A stretch of 64,000 nucleotides of DNA from an uncultured Christensenellaceae bacterium (GTDB lineage Bacteria; Bacillota; Clostridia; Christensenellales; Borkfalkiaceae). Position numbers and translations under genes: made by a program. The DNA is taken from assembly GCA_910588465.1 (NCBI GenBank), contig CAJUOP010000007.1, positions 20,462 through 84,461 of the forward strand, written 5' to 3'. Below the pieces are notes generated by a model. The model worked only from the letters and a program-made list of their open reading frames with translations. It ran no database searches and was not told the origin of the DNA. This document shows, in pieces, positions 59,283 through 64,000 of this stretch. Each line of letters begins with the position of its first letter. Position 1 is the first letter of the stretch.

Positions 59283-61446
59283 TTTACTTTTTTTAAATGC
59301 CATTCCCAGCTACCGAAGTCGCCCGTTTGGGGCAGAGGAAGCCCCGCTCCCAGAAGAGCACCACCGCTTAACACCGTTTTCAGTTCTTCGATTTCATAGA
59401 AAGCGTTATGGTCGAGCCCTTGCAAACGAATTCGCGGATAGAATTTATCGCTCGCATAGGGAATACATAAACCCCGTTCTCCCACAACGTAGGCTTCGCT
59501 CTTGTCCTTGCTTACAACGAGCATACAAAAATAATTACTTTCCAACGGATTGGAAAGACGATAGAGTTCCCCGCTTAAAATCAGACGATCCGTGCGCTTA
59601 TACGCTTCGATCTGCGCCTTTACGCTCTCTTTTTCCTCGTCCGTCATCTTCGTTACGTCGAGCTCGTACCCGAACGCGCCGAGCGAAGCGATCCGCCCCC
59701 GCGTATCGAACGGCACCGTTCTGCCCGTCTGATGGTTAGGGCAAACGGAAACGTGACAGCTCATGGAAGAGAGCGGATAACAGAGCGACGTGCCCCACTG
59801 TATTTTCGTGCGCTCGTAACCGTCGCTGTCGTCGCTTGTCCAGATCTGCGGAAAGTAGTACAGCATACCCGCATCGAACCTGCCACCGCCGCCTGCACAG
59901 CCCTCAATGAACAAATCGGGAGATTCGTCCAATAATCGCTGCGCCAAGTCGTACACGCCCAAGATATAGCGGTGCATGACCTCGCCCTGTCGGTGATAAG
60001 GCAACGAAGCGGAGTAGCATTCGCTTACGTATCGGTTCATATCCCATTTAATATAAGATATATCGTTTTCTTTTATAATCTTGCTTACCGCGCCGAAGAT
60101 ATAGTCCACAACTTCTTTGCGCGTGAAGTCCAACACCAATTGCTGACGGCTGCGCATGGGTTCCACGCCCTCTTTGCACAGCGCCCAGTCGGGATGCGCG
60201 CGGAAAAGTTCGCTGTCCTCGTTCACCATTTCGGGCTCGAACCACAATCCGAACTTCATACCGTGCTCTTTGCAACATGCGGAAACTTTTTTCAGCCCGC
60301 CCTTTAATTTTTCTTCGTTGACAACCCAATCGCCGAGCCCCGCAAAATCGTTCGTACGATTCCCGAACCAACCATCGTCCAAGACAAATGTATCGATTCC
60401 GAGATTTGCCGCCGCGGTAATGATCGCGCAGAGTTTTTCGTTATCGAAATCAAAATATGTTGCCTCCCAATTATTGATCACCACGGGACGGCGTTTGAAC
60501 GCATAGGCAGGGTTGATAATTCTCTCGCGCAAAAAGTCGTGTACGGAGCGCGACATACCGCCCATACCCGCATTTGAATAGGTCAAAAGCACTTGCGGCG
60601 TTACAAAGCTTTCGCCGCCACGAAGCTCCCAGCAAAAGCTCGTTTCGTTGATCCCGCCCTGCAAGGTAAGCGCGCCGTGTTTGCTCCACTCCGCCGTCAA
60701 GGCGAACGAGCCGCTGTACACGAGCTGTATGCCGTAGCACTCGCCGCTCTGTTCCCCGCAATCCTCTCTTAATATCCCCATAAACGGGTTGGTCTGGTGC
60801 GACGACGAACCGCGCAGCGAATGAATACGCGTTACCCCGTGCGCGATCGGCGCGATTTCGGGAATGCGTTCCTGACCCCATCTGCCTGCAAGGCGCAACA
60901 GTTTGTATTCCCCGTTTGCAAGTTCCGCACGGAAGGAATACGCCCTTTTCAACATGACGGGCTTTTTGCCGACGTTTCGAATCACAGCGTTTCTTACAAG
61001 CACGTTCGAATTTTCGCAGACGGTATAATACAGATCGACTTCGATATCCGAAAAGTCGTCTTTAAGCGTGATGACGAGCGTTTCGTGCCGCTTCGCACAT
61101 GCGGCATACCGACAATTTTAGGGGCGTCTTTTTCAACACGATAGGAATCATAGCGCAGTCTGCTCATGCTCGCGCCGTCTTGCCGCTCGAAAATCGCGGT
61201 AGGTTCTTTATTATCGCCCTTGGCGTAGAATCCGTATTCGGAAGGCAGATAGTCGAACGCCTCGTCCTTGTTGATCCAATGATTGGGCACGATCGACGCA
61301 TAGGTTTCGGCAAGATAAGCAACATCCTCTCGTTTCATTTTTCCGCCGTAATGGAGCTGTTGTAAAAAACCGTCGCCGTTTACGAACATGGCATAGCCGT
61401 AATTTTTGCCTTCGAGCAAAAACTGCTTTCCGTCCGCATAAATCAT
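59279..61446 (-). pseudogene. GH36 alpha-galactosidase interrupted by a frameshift near 61084-61100 (or a sequencing error)
   Basis: ORF 60994-61446 encodes the GH36 N-terminal domain (...LRYDSYRVEKDAPKIVGMPHV). ORF 59279-61003, extended upstream in its own frame, reads ...HETLVITLKDDFSDIEVDLYYTVCENSNVLVRNAVIRN... It continues through VINNWEATYFDF, VLDDGWFG, YIKWDMNR and CAGGGGRFD. The two frames join only with a 1-nt shift. Confidence 0.75.
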
Positions 61447-61466
61447 TTTATTTCTCCCTCCAAAGT

Positions 61467-63872
61467 TCAATCGTTCGTTTCAATAAAGAGTTCGTTCGCC
61501 CTTTTCATCATTGCGGGAAAATCCGAAAGCTTCATCTTTCCCTCTTTATCGCGAAACCACGCCATAAAGCCGAGTGTCTTTGGCTCGTCCTTCATCCAGG
61601 CAATTTCGCTCCCCGTGAAGATTCCGCCAAACACCTCGTTAAACGCCTTTACCGCTTTCGGGCTGTCGAACACTTCCGTGACGTAGCAATCAGGCGTAAA
61701 GGGCGTATAATGAAAATCTTTGCAAGTTCGTTCAAACACGTGCTTGCCGCTGCAAACCTTTACGGGCGCCTCGTTCGGCAAAACGATCTCCGCTTCCGCG
61801 CCTGAGGGAAGTTCGATTTCATATATAATTTTATCGTTCTTCTGCTCATACTTAGAAACAATTTTGCCTTTGACGCTGTCATACTCCCCTTGAAAATTCT
61901 TTAATGCCAAGCACGGGTTGGGCACAACTCTTATTTTGTTAAAACCCGCTTCCGTTGCTTCGATTCCCGCGATTCTACGGTATACGAATTCCATGACGGA
62001 ACCGTAGGCATAATGGTTGTAGCTGTTCATGCCGTCGGGATTTGGCGTGCCGTCGGGAAGCAGGCTGTCCCAACGCTCCCACATCGTCGTTGCGCCCATG
62101 TCCACTTCGTAGAGCCAACCGGGGAAACTGCTGTTTAACAAAATTTTGAACGCCGTGTCGATAAATCCGTTGTCCGCCAATGCAAACAACAAATAAGGCG
62201 TGCCCGCAAAGCCCGTGGTCACTTTATAGCTGTGCGCCCGTGCGTTCTCGCTCAACACCCTTGCGCCGTTCTTCGCGTTTTCCGCGGGCACGATCCCGAA
62301 ACACAGCGCCAACGCCTGAGCCGTCATCGTGTCGACCGCCACTCTGCCGTTCGGCGTGATATATTCCGCACGGATTCTGTCCAACGATTTTTGATATTTT
62401 ACACGGTATACGCTTTCCGCAGAATCGCCGAGCAGCTTCGCTGTTTCGGAGACAATCCGCAAACATTCCAAATAAAACGCGCTTGCAAGAAACACGCTTT
62501 CCGTTCTGCCGTTAATACTCTGCTTGAACTTTTCGCCGTCCTGCGCGAGCCAATCACCGTAGTTGAATCCGCGCACCACAAGTCCGTCGTCCACGTTCTT
62601 CTCATACGCATTCATATACTTTTGCATGGCGGCGTAATTGTCCGAAAGGAAAGAGATATCGCCGTACATTTGATAGAGCTTCCACGGAATCATTACGATC
62701 GCGTCGCTCCACAGCGCGGCGGTAGACCTGTCGCCCGCTCCACGCAAACAGTCGGGGATCACGTGCGGAATTTCGCCGCTTTCCGCTTGGTCGTTGCGCA
62801 CGTCCGCGAGCCATTTTTTCATGAACGCGCGGATATCGTAATTATATGCCGCCGTGGTGCAGAACGCATTGATATCCCCCGTCCAGCCCAAACGTTCGTC
62901 GCGCTGCGGGCAATCGGTGGGAACGTCCACAAAATTGCTCTTCTGTCCCCAAACGACGTTTTCCATTAAACGGTTAAAACGCGCGTTATTCGTACGTACG
63001 TGCCCCGCACGCTTCATGTCGGTATGCCGCACGATTGCAGTGATATTGTCTTTGGGCAATTCCGCGCCCGTCAGCTTCATATAGCGGAAACCGTGAAAGG
63101 TAAACTCGGGAGAAAGCGTTTTTGCTCCTTTCACCGTAAACGTGTCCGTCGCCTTTGCCGAGCGCAGATTATCGGTATAAAAATTCCCGTTCACTAAAAT
63201 TTCGGCAAACTGCAACGTGATCGTACCATGAAAGGTTTCGGGCGTTTTCACTTCCGCGACGCCCGCCATGTTCTGCCCGAAATCGTAAACCAATTCGCCC
63301 TTAGGCGTATGTATGACCTCTTTCACGGCAAGCCGTTCGATATTGCGGACGGGTTCGCAGATTTGCGGTACAAGCACGTATTTGTTAAAGACAACCTCAC
63401 AAACAGTGAGCGGTTTCAAGTCCGCCGTAAAATCCTGCGTTTCGCCGTCGTAAATGCCGCTCTCACGGATATAGCTCTCGCGTGCCGTCCAGCTCTCGTC
63501 CGTAGTAATAATTTTATCCGATAAAATCAAATCGGCGCACACTGCGGACTGTTCTCCATACAAATCGCGCTTTTTCTCCCAGGTAACGCCGCCGCAAAAC
63601 CAACCCTCGCCGACGGTGAGCGTTAAAACGTTTTCACCCTCTTTGAGCATTGATGAAACGTCGTATTCCTGCACCTGCAACATTTTGTTGTACGATGTCC
63701 AGCCGGGCGTTAAATACCGATCGCCCACGCGTACGCCGTTGAGTTCGGCAAAATACAAACCGAGCGCCGTTGCTTTCAAAACAGCTTTCTCATTCGCGTG
63801 CGCCGTAAACTTCTTTTCAACGGCGAACACGTTCGCCTTTTCTTTGACTCCAATAAACTTGCCCTTTAACAT
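61467..63872 (-). CDS. GH78 alpha-L-rhamnosidase
   Basis: 801 aa. [50 protein letters not shown] and GATTMWERW are typical bacterial rhamnosidase blocks. Confidence 0.88.
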   Translation of the reverse strand: MLKGKFIGVKEKANVFAVEKKFTAHANEKAVLKATALGLYFAELNGVRVGDRYLTPGWTSYNKMLQVQEYDVSSMLKEGENVLTLTVGEGWFCGGVTWEKKRDLYGEQSAVCADLILSDKIITTDESWTARESYIRESGIYDGETQDFTADLKPLTVCEVVFNKYVLVPQICEPVRNIERLAVKEVIHTPKGELVYDFGQNMAGVAEVKTPETFHGTITLQFAEILVNGNFYTDNLRSAKATDTFTVKGAKTLSPEFTFHGFRYMKLTGAELPKDNITAIVRHTDMKRAGHVRTNNARFNRLMENVVWGQKSNFVDVPTDCPQRDERLGWTGDINAFCTTAAYNYDIRAFMKKWLADVRNDQAESGEIPHVIPDCLRGAGDRSTAALWSDAIVMIPWKLYQMYGDISFLSDNYAAMQKYMNAYEKNVDDGLVVRGFNYGDWLAQDGEKFKQSINGRTESVFLASAFYLECLRIVSETAKLLGDSAESVYRVKYQKSLDRIRAEYITPNGRVAVDTMTAQALALCFGIVPAENAKNGARVLSENARAHSYKVTTGFAGTPYLLFALADNGFIDTAFKILLNSSFPGWLYEVDMGATTMWERWDSLLPDGTPNPDGMNSYNHYAYGSVMEFVYRRIAGIEATEAGFNKIRVVPNPCLALKNFQGEYDSVKGKIVSKYEQKNDKIIYEIELPSGAEAEIVLPNEAPVKVCSGKHVFERTCKDFHYTPFTPDCYVTEVFDSPKAVKAFNEVFGGIFTGSEIAWMKDEPKTLGFMAWFRDKEGKMKLSDFPAMMKRANELFIETND

Positions 63873-64000
63873 TTTCTTTTCCCTGATTCAAAAATAGATT
63901 TCAATTTATGCACATCGAACTTCGGCGTATGATCGGCGCGTAACAGCCCGTTGATTTCCTGCTGTACGTCGGTGAGCTGGGTATAACAATATCCCTGAAA
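63866..64000 (-). CDS. C-terminal fragment of a GH2-like glycosidase (gene continues past the right edge)
   Basis: My translation is [44 protein letters not shown]. The [13 protein letters not shown]...PK block resembles GH2 C-termini as I remember them. It overlaps the GH78 start by 7 nt. Confidence 0.35.
   Translation of the reverse strand, partial: FQGYCYTQLTDVQQEINGLLRADHTPKFDVHKLKSIFESGKRKC

Overview
This 64-kb window comes from a moderately GC-rich, endospore-forming Firmicute. The Clostridia-like assignment is an inference from spoIIGA-sigE and from the plsX-rnc-smc-ftsY-ylxM-ffh-rpsP-KH gene order. Most of the window is tightly packed core genes, largely on the minus strand. In order these are: yicC (partial), ligA, pcrA, rpsU, a HelD-like helicase, an ABC-2 exporter pair, rpoC and rpoB. 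On the plus strand follow an S4-domain protein, fused ispDF and radA. Then come a GNAT, trmB, dut, a membrane protein, a KH protein, rpsP, ffh, ylxM, ftsY, smc, rnc, plsX, a CDF transporter and a solitary mazF. These are followed by a sugar-phosphate isomerase, phosphoglucomutase, two paralogous membrane proteins, sigE, spoIIGA, tRNA-Arg(ACG), an MFS transporter, a GlmU-like acetyltransferase, glpK, DUF2207-LemA, a macrodomain hydrolase, a degenerate aconitase-like protein, an SDR and tRNA-Ser(CGA). The right end holds a glycoside-hydrolase cluster: a clan GH-D-like enzyme, a frameshifted GH36, a GH78 and a partial GH2-like gene. I found no rRNA and no CRISPR array. The most interesting parts are listed here. 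(1) A visibly AT-richer island of about 5.4 kb lies just downstream of tRNA-Ser (about 52.1-57.6 kb). It carries a large serine recombinase, a phiX-type HUH/YxxxY rolling-circle Rep, an 11-bp iteron array, four long GC-rich nested palindromes, an unknown 290-aa cargo protein and two tandem XRE regulators. (2) A translationally coupled pair joins a catalytically dead aconitase-fold protein to a macrodomain ADP-ribose hydrolase. (3) A cluster of consensus DnaA boxes sits between a Spo0A-box-bearing spoIIGA promoter and the tRNA-Arg promoter. (4) A MazF toxin gene has no adjacent antitoxin. All coordinates of small sites were counted by hand and may be off by 1-2 nt. Family assignments come from remembered motifs, not from database searches.
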